DNA of 64,000 nucleotides, taken from assembly GCF_009914755.1 (NCBI RefSeq), contig NC_060932.1; one strand, given 5' to 3'. This document shows, one piece after another, positions 37,901 to 52,900 of this stretch (positions are counted from its first letter, which is position 1; the number at the start of each line of letters is the position of its first letter). The DNA comes from the human T2T-CHM13v2.0 reference genome, Homo sapiens. Position numbers and translations under genes: made by a program. The notes beneath the pieces were generated by a model, which was not told the DNA's origin, did not search any database, and saw only the letters and a program-made list of their open reading frames with translations.

Positions 37901-40900
37901 ACAGCAGCATTCTCAGAAACTTCTTTGTGGTGTCTGCATTCAAGTCACAGAATTGAACTTCCCCTCACATAGAGCAGTTGTGCAGCACTCTATTTGTAGT
38001 ATCTGGAAGTGGACATTTGGAGGGCTTTGTAGCCTATCTGGAAAAAGGAAATATCTTCCCATGAATGCGAGATAGAAGTAATCTGAGAAACATGTTTATG
38101 CTGTATCTACTCAACTAACTGTGCTGAACATTTCTATTGATAGAGCAGTTTTGAGACACTCTTCTTTTGGAATCTGCAAGTGGATATTTGGATAGATTTG
38201 AGGATTTCGTTGGAAACGGGATTATATATAAAAAGTAGACAGCAGCATTCTCAGAAACTTCTTTGTGATGTTTGCATCCAGCTCTCAGAGTTGAACATTC
38301 CCTTTCATAGAGTAGGTTTGAAACCCTCTTTTTATAGTGTCTGGAAGCGGGCATTTGGAGCGCTTTCAGGCCTATGCTTAAAATAGGAAATATCTACCTA
38401 TAGAAACTAGACAGAAGCATTCTGAGAATCACGTTTGTGATGTGGGTACTCAACTAACAGTGTTGATCTATTCTTTTGATACAGCAGTTTTGAACCACAC
38501 TTTTTGTAGAATCTGCAAGAGGATATTTGGATAGCTGTGAGGATTTCGTTGGAAACGGGAATGTCTTCAAAGAAAATCTAGACGGAAGCATTCTCAGAAA
38601 TACCTTCGTGATGTTTGCAATCAAGTCACAGAGTTGAACCTTCCGTTTCATAGAGCAGGTTGGAAACACTCTTATTGTAGTATCTGGAAGTGGACATTTG
38701 GAGCGCTTTCAGGCCTATGGTGAAAAAGGAAATATCTTCCCATAAAAACGATATAGAAGCTATCTCAGGAACTTGTTTATGATGCATCTAATCAACTAAC
38801 AGTGTTGAACCTTTGTACTGACAGAGCAGTTTGAAACACTCTTTTTTTGGAATCTGCAAGTGGATATTTGGATCGCTTTGAGGATTTCGTTGGAAACGGG
38901 ATGCAATATAAAACGTACACAGCAGCATACTCAGAAAATACTTTGCCATATTTCCATTCAAGTCACAGAGTGGAACATTCCCATTCATAGAGCAGGTTGG
39001 AAACACTCTTTTTGGAGTATCTGGAAGTGGACATTTGGAGCGCTTTCTGAACTATGGTGAAAAAGGAAATATCTTCCAATGAAAACAAGACAGAAGCATT
39101 CTGAGAAACTTATTTGTGATGTGTGTCCTCAACAAACGGACTTGAACCTTTCGTTTCATGCAGTACTTCTGGAACACTCTTTTTGAAGATTCTGCATGCG
39201 GATATTTGGATAGCTTTGAGGATTTCGTTGGAAACGGGCTTACATGTAAAAATTAGACAGCAGCATTCTCAGAAACTTCTTTGTGGTGTCTGCATTCAAG
39301 TCACAGAATTGAACTTCCCCTCACATAGAGCAGTTGTGCAGCACTCTATTTGTAGTATCTGGAAGTGGACATTTGGAGGGCTTTGTAGCCTATCTGGAAA
39401 AAGGAAATATCTTCCCATGAATGCGAGATAGAAGTAATCTCAGAAACATGTTTATGCTGTATCTACTCAACTAACTGTGCTGAACATTTCTATTGATAGA
39501 GCAGTTTTGAGACACTCTTCTTTTGGAATCTGCAAGTGGATATTTGGATAGATTTGAGGATTTCGTTGGAAACGGGATTATATATCAAAAGTAGACAGCA
39601 GCATTCTCAGAAACTTCTTTGTGATGTTTGCATCCAGCTCTCAGAGTTGAACATTCCCTTTCATAGAGTAGGTTTGAAACCCTCTTTTTATAGTGTCTGG
39701 AAGCGGGCATTTGGAGCGCTTTCAGGCCTATGCTTAAAATAGGAAATATCTACCTACAGAAACTAGACAGAAGCATTCTGAGAATCACGTTTGTGATGTG
39801 GGTACTCAACTAACAGTGTTGATCCATTCTTTTGATACAGCAGTTTTGAACCACACTTTTTGTAGAATCTGCAAGAGGATATTTGGATAGCTGTGAGGAT
39901 TTCGTTGGAAACGGGAATGTCTTCAAAGAAAATCTAGACAGAAGCATTCTCAGAAACACCTTCGTGATGTTTGCAATCAAGTCACAGAGTTGAACCTTCC
40001 GTTTCATAGAGCAGGTTGGAAACACTCTTATTGTAGTATCTGGAAGTGGACATTTGGAGCGCTTTCAGGCCTATGGTGAAAAAGGAAATATCTTCCCATA
40101 AAAACGACATAGAAGCTATCTCAGGAACTTGTTTATGATGCATCTAATCAACTAACAGTGTTGAACCTTTGTACTGACAGAGCAGTTTGAAACACTCTTT
40201 TTTTGGAATCTCCAAGTGGATATTTGGATCGCTTTGAGGATTTCGTTGGAAACGGGATGCAATATAAAATGTACACAGCAGCATACTCAGAAAATACTTT
40301 GCCATATTTCCATTCAAGTCACAGAGTGGAACATTCCCATTCATAGAGCAGGTTGGAAACACTCTTTTTGGAATATCTGGAAGTGGACATTTGGAGCGCT
40401 TTCTGAACTATGGTGAAAAAGGAAATATCTTCCAATGAAAACAAGACAGAAGCATTCTGAGAAACTTATTTGTGATGTGTGTCCTCAACAAACGGACTTG
40501 AACCTTTCGTTTCATGCAGTACTTCTGGAACACTCTTTTTGAAGATTCTGCATGCGGATATTTGGATAGCTTTGAGGATTTCGTTGGAAACGGGCTTACA
40601 TGTAAAAATTAGACAGCAGCATTCTCAGAAACTTCTTTGTGGTGTCTGCATTCAAGTCACAGAATTGAACTTCCCCTCACATAGAGCAGTTGTGCAGCAC
40701 TCTATTTGTAGTATCTGGAAGTGGACATTTGGAGGGCTTTGTAGCCTATGTGGAAAAAGGAAATATCTTCCCATGAATGCGAGATAGAAGTAATCTCAGA
40801 AACATGTTTATGCTGTATCTACTCAACTAACTGTGCTGAACATTTCTATTGATAGAGCAGTTTTGAGACACTCTTCTTTTGGAATCTGCAAGTGGATATT

Positions 40901-43900
40901 TGGATAGATTTGAGGATTTCGTTGGAAACGGGATTATATATAAAAAGTAGCAGCATTCTCAGAAACTTCTTTGTGATGTTTGCATCCAGCTCTCAGAGTT
41001 GAACATTCCCTTTCATAGAGTAGGTTTGAAACCCTCTTTTTATAGTGTCTGGAAGCGGGCATTTGGAGCGCTTTCAGGCCTATGCTGAAAAAGGAAATAT
41101 CTACCTATAGAAACTAGACAGAAGCATTCTGAGAATCACGTTTGTGATGTGGGTACTCAACTAACAGTGTTGATCCATTCTTTTGATACAGCAGTTTTGA
41201 ACCACACCTTTTGTAGAATCTGCAAGTGGATATTTGGATAGCTGTGAGGATTTCGTTGGAAACGGGAATGTCTTCATAGAAAATTTAGACAGAAGCATTC
41301 TCAGAACCTTGATTGTGATGTGTGTTCTCCACTAACAGAGTTGAACCTTTCTTTTGACAGAACTGTTCTGAAACATTCTTTTTATAGAATCTGGAAGTGG
41401 ATATTTGGAAAGCTTTGAGGATTTCGTTGGAAACGGGAATATCTTCAAATCAAATCTAGCCAGAAGCATTCTAAGAAACATCTTAGGGATGTTTACATTC
41501 AAGTCACAGAGTTGAACATTCCCTTTCACAGAGCAGGTTTGAAACAATCTTCTCGTACTATCTGGCAGTGGACATTTTGAGCTCCTTGGGGCCTATGCTG
41601 AAAAAGGAAATATCTTCCGACAAAAACTAGACAGAAGCATTCGCAGAATCACGTTTGTGATGTGTGCACTCAACTGTCAGAATTGAACCTTGGTTTGGAC
41701 AGAGCACTTTTGAAACACTCTTTTTGTAGAATCTGCAGGTGGATATTTGGCTAGCTTTGAGGATTTCGTTGGAAACGGTAATGTCTTCAAAGAAAATCTA
41801 GACAGAAGCATTCTCAGAAACACCTTCGTGATGTTTGCAATCAAGTCACAGAGTTGAACCTTCCGTTTCATAGAGCAGGTTGGAAACACTCTTTTTGTAG
41901 TATCTGGAAGTGGACATTTGGAGGGCTTTGTAGCCTATGTGGAAAAAGGAAATATCTTCCCATGAATGCGAGATAGAAGTAATCTCAGAAACATGTTTAT
42001 GCTGTATCTACTCAACTAACTGTGCTGAACATTTCTATTGATAGAGCAGTTTTGAGACACTCTTCTTTTGGAATCTGCAAGTGGATATTTGGATAGATTT
42101 GAGGATTTCGTTGGAAACGGGATTATATATAAAAAGTAGACAGCAGCATTCTCAGAAACTTCTTTGTGATGTTTGCATCCAGCTCTCAGAGTTGAACATT
42201 CCCTTTCATAGAGTAGGTTTGAAACCCTCTTTTTATAGTGTCTGGAAGAGGGCATTTGGAGCGCTTTCAGGCCTATGCTTAAAATAGGAAATATCTACCT
42301 ACAGAAACTAGACAGAAGCATTCTGAGAATCACGTTTGTGATGTTGGTACTCAACTAACAGTGTTGATCCATTCTTTTGATACAGCAGTTTTGAACCACA
42401 CTTTTTGTAGAATCTGCAAGAGGATATTTGGATAGCTGTGAGGATTTCGTTGGAAACGGGAATGTCTTCAAAGAAAATCTAGACAGAAGCATTCTCAGAA
42501 ACACCTTCGTGATGTTTGCAATCAAGTCACAGAGTTGAACCTTCCGTTTCATAGAGCAGGTTGGAAACACTCTTATTGTAGTATCTGGAAGTGGACATTT
42601 GGAGCGCTTTCAGGCCTATGGTGAAAAAGGAAATATCTTCCCATAAAAACGACATAGAAGCTATCTCAGGAACTTTTTTATGATGCATCTAATCAACTAA
42701 CAGTGTTGAACCTTTGTACTGACAGAGCAGTTTGAAACACTCTTTTTTTGGAATCTGCAAGTGGATATTTGGATCGCTTTGAGGATTTCGTTGGAAACGG
42801 GATGCAATATAAAACGTACACAGCAGCATACTCAGAAAATACTTTGCCATATTTCCATTCAAGTCACAGAGTGGAACATTCCCATTCATAGAGCAGGTTG
42901 GAAACACTCTTTTTGGAGTATCTGGAAGTGGACATTTGGAGCGCTTTCTGAACTATGGTGAAAAAGGAAATATCTTCCAATGAAAACAAGACAGAAGCAT
43001 TCTGAGAAACTTATTTGTGATGTGTGTCCTCAACAAACGGACTTGAACCTTTCGTTTCATGCAGTACTTCTGGAACACTCTTTTTGAAGATTCTGCATGC
43101 GGATATTTGGATAGCTTTGAGGATTTCGTTGGAAACGGTCTTACATGTAAAAATTAGACAGCAGCATTCTCAGAAACTTCTTTGTGGTGTCTGCATTCAA
43201 GTCACAGAATTTAACTTCCCCTCACATAGAGCAGTTGTGCAGCACTCTATTTGTAGTATCTGGAAGTGGACATTTGGAGGGCTTTGTAGCCTATCTGGAA
43301 AAAGGAAATATCTTCCCATGAATGCGAGATAGAAGTAATCTCAGAAACATGTTTATGCTGTATCTAATCAACTAACTGTGCTGAACATTTCTATTGATAG
43401 AGCAGTTTTGAGACACTCTTCTTTTGGAATCTGCAAGTGGATATTTGGATAGATTTGAGGATTTCGTTGGAAACGGGATTATATATAAAAAGTAGACAGC
43501 AGCATTCTCAGAAACTTCTTTGTGATGTTTGCATCCAGCTCTCAGAGTTGAACATTCCCTTTCATAGAGTAGGTTTGAAACCCTCTTTTTATAGTGTCTG
43601 GAAGCGGGCATTTGGAGCGCTTTCAGGCCTATGCTTAAAATAGGAAATATCTACCTACAGAAACTAGACAGAAGCATTCTGAGAATCACGTTTGTGATGT
43701 GGGTACTCAACTAACAGTGTTGATCCATTCTTTTGATACAGCAGTTTTGAACCACACTTTTTGTAGAATCTGCAAGTGGATATTTGGATAGCTGTGAGGA
43801 TTTCGTTGGAAACGGGAATGTCTTCATAGAAAATGTAGACAGAAGCATTCTCAGAACCTTGATTGTGATGTGTGTTCTCCACTAACAGAGTTGAACCTTT

Positions 43901-46900
43901 CTTTTGACAGAACTGTTCTGAAACATTCTTTTTATAGAATCTGGAAGTGGATATTTGGAAAGCTTTGAGGATTTCGTTGGAAACGGGAATATCTTCAAAT
44001 AAAATCTAGCCAGAAGCATTCTAAGAAACATCTTAGGGATGTTTACATTCAAGTCACAGAGTTGAACATTCCCTTTCACAGAGCAGGTTTGAAACAATCT
44101 TCTCGTACTATCTGGCAGTGGACATTTTGAGCTCCTTGGGGCCTATGCTGAAAAAGGAAATATCTTCCGACAAAAACTAGACAGAAGCATTCGCAGAATC
44201 ACGTTTGTGATGTGTGCACTCAACTGTCAGAATTGAACCTTGGTTTGGACAGAGCACTTTTGAAACACTCTTTTTGTAGAATCTGCAGGTGGATATTTGG
44301 CTAGCTTTGAGGATTTCGTTGGAAACGGTAATGTCTTCAAAGAAAATCTAGACAGAAGCATTCTCAGAAACACCTTCGTGATGTTTGCAATCAAGTCACA
44401 GAGTTGAACCTTCCGTTTCATAGAGCAGGTTGGAAACACTCTTTTTGTAGTATCTGGAAGTGGACATTTGGAGGGCTTTGTAGCCTATGTGGAAAAAGGA
44501 AATATCTTCCCATGAATGCGAGATAGAAGTAATCTCAGAAACATGTTTATGCTGTATCTAATCAACTAACTGTGCTGAACATTTCTATTGATAGAGCAGT
44601 TTTGAGACACTCTTCTTTTGGAATCTGCAAGTGGATATTTGGATAGATTTGAGGATTTCGTTGGAAACGGGATTATATATAAAAAGTAGACAGCAGCATT
44701 CTCAGAAACTTCTTTCTGATGTTTGCATCCAGCTCTCAGAGTTGAACATTCCCTTTCATAGAGTAGGTTTGAAACCCTCTTTTTATAGTGTCTGGAAGCG
44801 GGCATTTGGAGCGCTTTCAGGCCTATGCTTAAAATAGGAAATATCTACCTACAGAAACTAGACAGAAGCATTCTGAGAATCACGTTTGTGATGTGGGTAC
44901 TCAACTAACAGTGTTGATCCATTCTTTTGATACAGCAGTTTTGAACCACACTTTTTGTAGAATCTGCAAGAGGATATTTGGATAGCTGTGAGGATTTCGT
45001 TGGAAACGGGAATGTCTTCAAAGAAAATCTAGACAGAAGCATTCTCAGAAACACCTTCGTGATGTTTGCAATCAAGTCACAGAGTTGAACCTTCCGTTTC
45101 ATAGAGCAGGTTGGAAACACTCTTATTGTAGTATCTGGAAGTGGACATTTGGAGCGCTTTCAGGCCTATGGTGAAAAAGGAAATATCTTCCCATAAAAAC
45201 GACATAGAAGCTATCTCAGGAACTTGTTTATGAGGCATCTAATCAACTAACAGTGTTGAACCTTTGTACTGACAGAGCAGTTTGAAACACTCTTTTTTTG
45301 GAATCTGCAAGTGGATATTTGGATCGCTTTGAGGATTTCGTTGGAAACGGGATGCAATATAAAACGTACACAGCAGCATACTCAGAAAATACTTTGCCAT
45401 ATTTCCATTCAAGTCACAGAGTGGAACATTCCCATTCATAGAGCAGGTTTGAAACACTCTTTTTGGAGTATCTGGAAGTGGACATTTGGAGCGCTTTCTG
45501 AACTATGGTGAAAAAGGAAATATCTTCCAATGAAAACAAGACAGAAGCATTCTGAGAAACTTATTTGTGATGTGTGTCCTCAACAAACGGACTTGAACCT
45601 TTCGTTTCATGCAGTACTTCTGGAACACTCTTTTTGAAGATTCTGCATGCGGATATTTGGATAGCTTTGAGGATTTCGTTGGAAACGGGCTTACATGTAA
45701 AAATTAGACAGCAGCATTCTCAGAAACTTCTTTGTGGTGTCTGCATTCAAGTCACAGAATTGAACATCCCCTCACATAGAGCAGTTGTGCAGCACTCTAT
45801 TTGTAGTATCTGGAAGTGGACATTTGGAGGGCTTTGTAGCCTATGTGGAAAAAGGAAATATCTTCCCATGAATGCGAGATAGAAGTAATCTCAGAAACAT
45901 GTTTATGCTGTACCTACTCAACTAACTGTGCTGAACATTTCTATTGATAGAGCAGTTTTGAGACACTCTTCTTTTGGAATCTGCAAGTGGATATTTGGAT
46001 AGATTTGAGGATTTCGTTGGAAACGGGATTATATATAAAAAGTAGACAGCAGCATTCTCAGAAACTTCTTTGTGATGTTTGCATCCAGCTCTCAGAGTTG
46101 AACATTCCCTTTCATAGAGTAGGTTTGAAACCCTCTTTTTATAGTGTCTGGAAGCGGGCATTTGGAGCGCTTTCAGGCCTATGCTGAAAAAGGAAATATC
46201 TACCTATAGAAACTAGACAGAAGCATTCTGAGAATCACGTTTGTGATGTGGGTACTCAACTAACAGTGTTGATCCATTCTTTTGATACAGCAGTTTTGAA
46301 CCACACTTTTTGTAGAATCTGCAAGTGGATATTTGGATAGCTGTGAGGATTTCGTTGGAAACGGGAATGTCTTCAAAGAAAATCTAGACAGAAGCATTCT
46401 CAGAAACACCTTCGTGATGTTTGCAATCAAGTCACAGAGTTGAACCTTCCGTTTCATAGAGCAGGTTGGAAACACTCTTATTGTAGTATCTGGAAGTGGA
46501 CATTTGGAGCGCTTTCAGGCCTATGGTGAAAAAGGAAATATCTTCCCATAAAAACAACATAGAAGCTATCTCAGGAACTTGTTTATGAGGCATCTAATCA
46601 ACTAACAGTGTTGAACCTTTGTACTGACAGAGCAGTTTGAAACACTCTTTTTTTGGAATCTGCAAGTGGATATTTGGATCGCTTTGAGGATTTCGTTGGA
46701 AACGGGATGCAATATAAAACGTACACAGCAGCATACTCAGAAAATTCTTTGCCATATTTCCATTCAAGTCACAGAGTGGAACATTCCCATTCATAGAGCA
46801 GGTTGGAAACACTCTTTTTGGAGTATCTGGAAGTGGACATTTGGAGCGCTTTCTGAACTATGGTGAAAAAGGAAATATCTTCCAATGAAAACAAGACAGA

Positions 46901-49900
46901 AGCATTCTGAGAAACTTATTTGTGATGTGTGTCCTCAACAAACGGACTTGAACCTTTCGTTTCATGCAGTACTTCTGGAACACTCTTTTTGAAGATTCTG
47001 CATGCGGATATTTGGATAGCTTTGAGGATTTCGTTGGAAACGGGCTTACATGTAAAAATTAGACAGCAGCATTCTCAGAAACTTCTTTGTGGTGTCTGCA
47101 TTCAAGTCACAGAATTGAACATCCCCTCACATAGAGCAGTTGTGCAGCACTCTATTTGTAGTATCTGGAAGTGGACATTTGGAGGGCTTTGTAGCCTATC
47201 TGGAAAAAGGAAATATCTTCCCATGAATGCGAGATAGAAGTAATCTCAGAAACATGTTTATGCTGTATCTACTCAACTAACTGTGCTGAACATTTCTATT
47301 GATAGAGCAGTTTTGAGACACTCTTCTTTTGGAATCTGCAAGTTGATATTTGGATAGATTTGAGGATTTCGTTGGAAACGGGATTATATATAAAAAGTAG
47401 ACAGCAGCATTCTCAGAAACTTCTTTGTGATGTTTGCATCCAGCTCTCAGAGTTGAACATTCCCTTTCATAGAGTAGGTTTGAAACCCTCTTTTTATAGT
47501 GTCTGGAAGCGGGCATTTGGAGCGCTTTCAGGCCTATGCTGAAAAAGGAAATATCTACCTATAGAAACTAGACAGAAGCATTCTGAGAATCACGTTTGTG
47601 ATGTGGGTACTCAACTAACAGTGTTGATCCATTCTTTTGATACAGCAGTTTTGAACCACACTTTTTGTAGAATCTGCAAGTGGATATTTGGATAGCTGTG
47701 AGGATTTCGTTGGAAACGGGAATGTCTTCATAGAAAATTTAGACAGAAGCATTCTCAGAACCTTGATTGTGATGTGTGTTCTCCACTAACAGAGTTGAAC
47801 CTTTCTTTTGACAGAACTGTTCTGAAACATTCTTTTTATAGAATCTGGAAGTGGATATTTGGAAAGCTTTGAGGATTTCGTTGGAAACGGGAATATCTTC
47901 AAATCAAATCTAGCCAGAAGCATTCTAAGAAACATCTTAGGGATGTTTACATTCAAGTCACAGAGTTGAACATTCCCTTTCACAGAGCAGGTTTGAAACA
48001 ATCTTCTCGTACTATCTGGCAGTGGACATTTTGAGCTCCTTGGGGCCTATGCTGAAAAAGGAAATATCTTCCGACAAAAACTAGACAGAAGCATTCGCAG
48101 AATCACGTTTGTGATGTGTGCACTCAACTGTCAGAATTGAACCTTGGTTTGGACAGAGCACTTTTGAAACACTCTTTTTGTAGAATCTGCAGGTGGATAT
48201 TTGGCTAGCTTTGAGGATTTCGTTGGAAACGGTAATGTCTTCAAAGAAAATCTAGACAGAAGCATTCTCAGAAACACCTTCGTGATGTTTGCAATCAAGT
48301 CACAGAGTTGAACCTTCCGTTTCATAGAGCAGGTTGGAAACACTCTTTTTGTAGTATCTGGAAGTGGACATTTGGAGGGCTTTGTAGCCTATCTGGAAAA
48401 AGGAAATATCTTCCCATGAATGCGAGATAGAAGTAATCTCAGAAACATGTTTATGCTGTATCTACTCAACTAACTGTGCTGAACATTTCTATTGATAGAG
48501 CAGTTTTGAGACACTCTTCTTTTGGAATCTGCAAGTGGATATTTGGATAGATTTGAGGATTTCGTTGGAAACGGGATTATATATCAAAAGTAGACAGCAG
48601 CATTCTCAGAAACTTCTTTGTGATGTTTGCATCCAGCTCTCAGAGTTGAACATTCCCTTTCATAGAGTAGGTTTGAAACCCTCTTTTTATAGTGTCTGGA
48701 AGCGGGCATTTGGAGCGCTTTCAGGCCTATGCTTAAAATAGGAAATATCTACCTACAGAAACTAGACAGAAGCATTCTGAGAATCACGTTTGTGATGTGG
48801 GTACTCAACTAACAGTGTTGATCCATTCTTTTGATACAGCAGTTTTGAACCACACTTTTTGTAGAATCTGCAAGAGGATATTTGGATAGCTGTGAGGATT
48901 TCGTTGGAAACGGGAATGTCTTCAAAGAAAATCTAGACAGAAGCATTCTCAGAAACACCTTCGTGATGTTTGCAATCAAGTCACAGAGTTGAACCTTCCG
49001 TTTCATAGAGCAGGTTGGAAACACTCTTATTGTAGTATCTGGAAGTGGACATTTGGAGCGCTTTCAGGCCTATGGTGAAAAAGGAAATATCTTCCCATAA
49101 AAACGACATAGAAGCTATCTCAGGAACTTGTTTATGATGCATCTAATCAACTAACAGTGTTGAACCTTTGTACTAACAGAGCAGTTTGAAACACTCTTTT
49201 TTTGGAATCTGCAAGTGGATATTTGGATCGCTTTGAGGATTTCGTTGGAAACGGGATGCAATATAAAACGTACACAGCAGCATACTCAGAAAATACTTTG
49301 CCATATTTCCATTCAAGTCACAGAGTGGAACATTCCCATTCATAGAGCAGGTTGGAAACACTCTTTTTGGAGTATCTGGAAGTGGACATTTGGAGCGCTT
49401 TCTGAACTATGGTGAAAAAGGAAATATCTTCCAATGAAAACAAGACAGAAGCATTCTGAGAAACTTATTTGTGATGTGTGTCCTCAACAAACGGACTTGA
49501 AACTTTCGTTTCATGCAGTACTTCTGGAACACTCTTTTTGAAGATTCTGCATGCGGATATTTGGATAGCTTTGAGGATTTCGTTGGAAACGGTCTTACAT
49601 GTAAAAATTAGACAACAGCATTCTCAGAAACTTCTTTGTGGTGTCTGCATTCAAGTCACAGAATTGAACTTCCCCTCACATAGAGCAGTTGTGCAGCACT
49701 CTATTTGTAGTATCTGGAAGTGGACATTTGGAGGGCTTTGTAGCCTATCTGGAAAAAGGAATTATCTTCCCATGAATGCGAGATAGAAGTAATCTGAGAA
49801 ACATGTTTATGCTGTATCTACTCAACTAACTGTGCTGAACATTTCTATTGATAGAGCAGTTTTGAGACACTCTTCTTTTGGAATCTGCAAGTGGATATTT

Positions 49901-52900
49901 GGATAGATTTGAGGATTTCGTTGGAAACGGGATTATATATAAAAAGTAGACAGCAGCATTCTCAGAAACTTCTTTGTGATGTTTGCATCCAGCTCTCAGA
50001 GTTGAACATTCCCTTTCATAGAGTAGGTTTGAAACCCTCTTTTTATAGTGTCTGGAAGCGGGCATTTGGAGCGCTTTCAGGCCTATGCTTAAAATAGGAA
50101 ATATCTACCTACAGAAACTAGACAGAAGCATTCTGAGAATCACGTTTGTGATGTGGGTACTCAACTAACAGTGTTGATCTATTCTTTTGATACAGCAGTT
50201 TTGAACCACACTTTTTGTAGAATCTGCAAGAGGATATTTGGATAGCTGTGAGGATTTCGTTGGAAACGGTAATGTCTTCAAAGAAAATCTAGACAGAAGC
50301 ATTCTCAGAAATACCTTCGTGATGTTTGCAATCAAGTCACAGAGTTGAACCTTCCGTTTCATAGAGCAGGTTGGAAACACTCTTATTGTAGTATCTGGAA
50401 GTGGACATTTGGAGCGCTTTCAGGCCTATGGTGAAAAAGGAAATATCTTCCCATAAAAACGATATAGAAGCTATCTCAGGAACTTGTTTATGATGCATCT
50501 AATCAACTAACAGTGTTGAACCTTTGTACTGACAGAGCAGTTTGAAACACTCTTTTTTTGGAATCTGCAAGTGGATATTTGGATCCCTTTGAGGATTTCG
50601 TTGGAAACGGGATGCAATATAAAACGTACACAGCAGCATACTCAGAAAATACTTTGCCATATTTCCATTCAAGTCACAGAGTGGAACATTCCCATTCATA
50701 GAGCAGGTTTGAAACACTCTTTTTGGAGTATCTGGAAGTGGACATTTGGAGCGCTTTCTGAACTATGGTGAAAAAGGAAATATCTTCCAATGAAAACAAG
50801 ACAGAAGCATTCTGAGAAACTTATTTGTGATGTGTGTCCTCAACAAACGGACTTGAACCTTTCGTTTCATGCAGTACTTCTGGAACACTCTTTTTGAAGA
50901 TTCTGCATGCGGATATTTGGATAGCTTTGAGGATTTCGTTGGAAACGGGCTTACATGTAAAAATTAGACAGCAGCATTCTCAGAAACTTCTTTGTGGTGT
51001 CTGCATTCAAGTCACAGAATTGAACATCCCCTCACATAGAGCAGTTGTGCAGCACTCTATTTGTAGTATCTGGAAGTGGACATTTGGAGGGCTTTGTAGC
51101 CTATCTGGAAAAAGGAAATATCTTCCCATGAATGCGAGATAGAAGTAATCTCAGAAACATGTTTATGCTGTATCTACTCAACTAACTGTGCTGAACATTT
51201 CTATTGATAGAGCAGTTTTGAGACACTCTTCTTTTGGAATCTGCAAGTGGATATTTGGATAGATTTGAGGATTTCGTTGGAAACGGGATTATATATAAAA
51301 AGTAGACAGCAGCATTCTCAGAAACTTCTTTGTGATGTTTGCATCCAGCTCTCAGAGTTGAACATTCCCTTTCATAGAGTAGGTTTGAAACCCTCTTTTT
51401 ATAGTGTCTGGAAGCGGGCATTTGGAGCGCTTTCAGGCCTATGCTTAAAATAGGAAATATCTACCTACAGAAACTAGACAGAAGCATTCTGAGAATCACG
51501 TTTGTGATGTGGGTACTCAACTAACAGTGTTGATCCATTCTTTTGATACAGCAGTTTTGAACCACACTTTTTGTAGAATCTGCAAGAGGATATTTGGATA
51601 GCTGTGAGGATTTCGTTGGAAACGGGGATGTCTTCAAAGAAAATCTAGACAGAAGCATTCTCAGAAACACCTTCGTGATGTTTGCAATCAAGTCACAGAG
51701 TTGAACCTTCCGTTTCATAGAGCAGGTTGGAAACACTCTTATTGTAGTATCTGGAAGTGGACATTTGGAGCGCTTTCAGGCCTATGGTGAAAAAGGAAAT
51801 ATATTCCCATAAAAACGACATAGAAGCTATCTCAGGAACTTGTTTATGATGCATCTAATCAACTAACAGTGTTGAACCTTTGTACTGACAGAGCAGTTTG
51901 AAACACTCTTTTTTTGGAATCTGCAAGTGGATATTTGGATCGCTTTGAGGATTTCGTTGGAAACGGGATGCAATATAAAACGTACACAGCAGCATACTCA
52001 GAAAATACTTTGCCATATTTCCATTCAAGTCACAGAGTGGAACATTCCCATTCATAGAGCAGGTTGGAAACACTCTTTTTGGAGTATCTGGAAGTGGACA
52101 TTTGGAGCGCTTTCTGAACTATGGTGAAAAAGGAAATATCTTCCAATGAAAACAAGACAGAAGCATTCTGAGAAACTTATTTGTGATGTGTGTCCTCAAC
52201 AAACGGACTTGAACCTTTCGTTTCATGCAGTACTTCTGGAACACTCTTTTTGAAGATTCTGCATGCGGATATTTGGATAGCTTTGAGGATTTCGTTGGAA
52301 ACGGGCTTACATGTAAAAATTAGACAGCAGCATTCTCAGAAACTTCTTTGTGGTGTCTGCATTCAAGTCACAGAATTGAACATCCCCTCACATAGAGCAG
52401 TTGTGCAGCACTCTATTTGTAGTATCTCGAAGTGGACATTTGGAGGGCTTTGTAGCCTATCTGGAAAAAGGAAATATCTTCCCATGAATGCGAGATAGAA
52501 GTAATCTCAGAAACATGTTTATGCTGTATCTACTCAACTAACTGTGCTGAACATTTCTATTGATAGAGCAGTTTTGAGACACTCTTCTTTTGGAATCTGC
52601 AAGTGGATATTTGGATAGATTTGAGGATTTCGTTGGAAACGGGATTATATATAAAAAGTAGACAGCAGCATTCTCAGAAACTTCTTTGTGATGTTTGCAT
52701 CCAGCTCTCAGAGTTGAACATTCCCTTTCATAGAGTAGGTTTGAAACCCTCTTTTTATAGTGTCTGGAAGCGGGCATTTGGAGCGCTTTCAGGCCTATGC
52801 TGAAAAAGGAAATATCTACCTATAGAAACTAGACAGAAGCATTCTGAGAATCAGGTTTGTGATGTGGGTACTCAACTAACAGTGTTGATCCATTCTTTTG

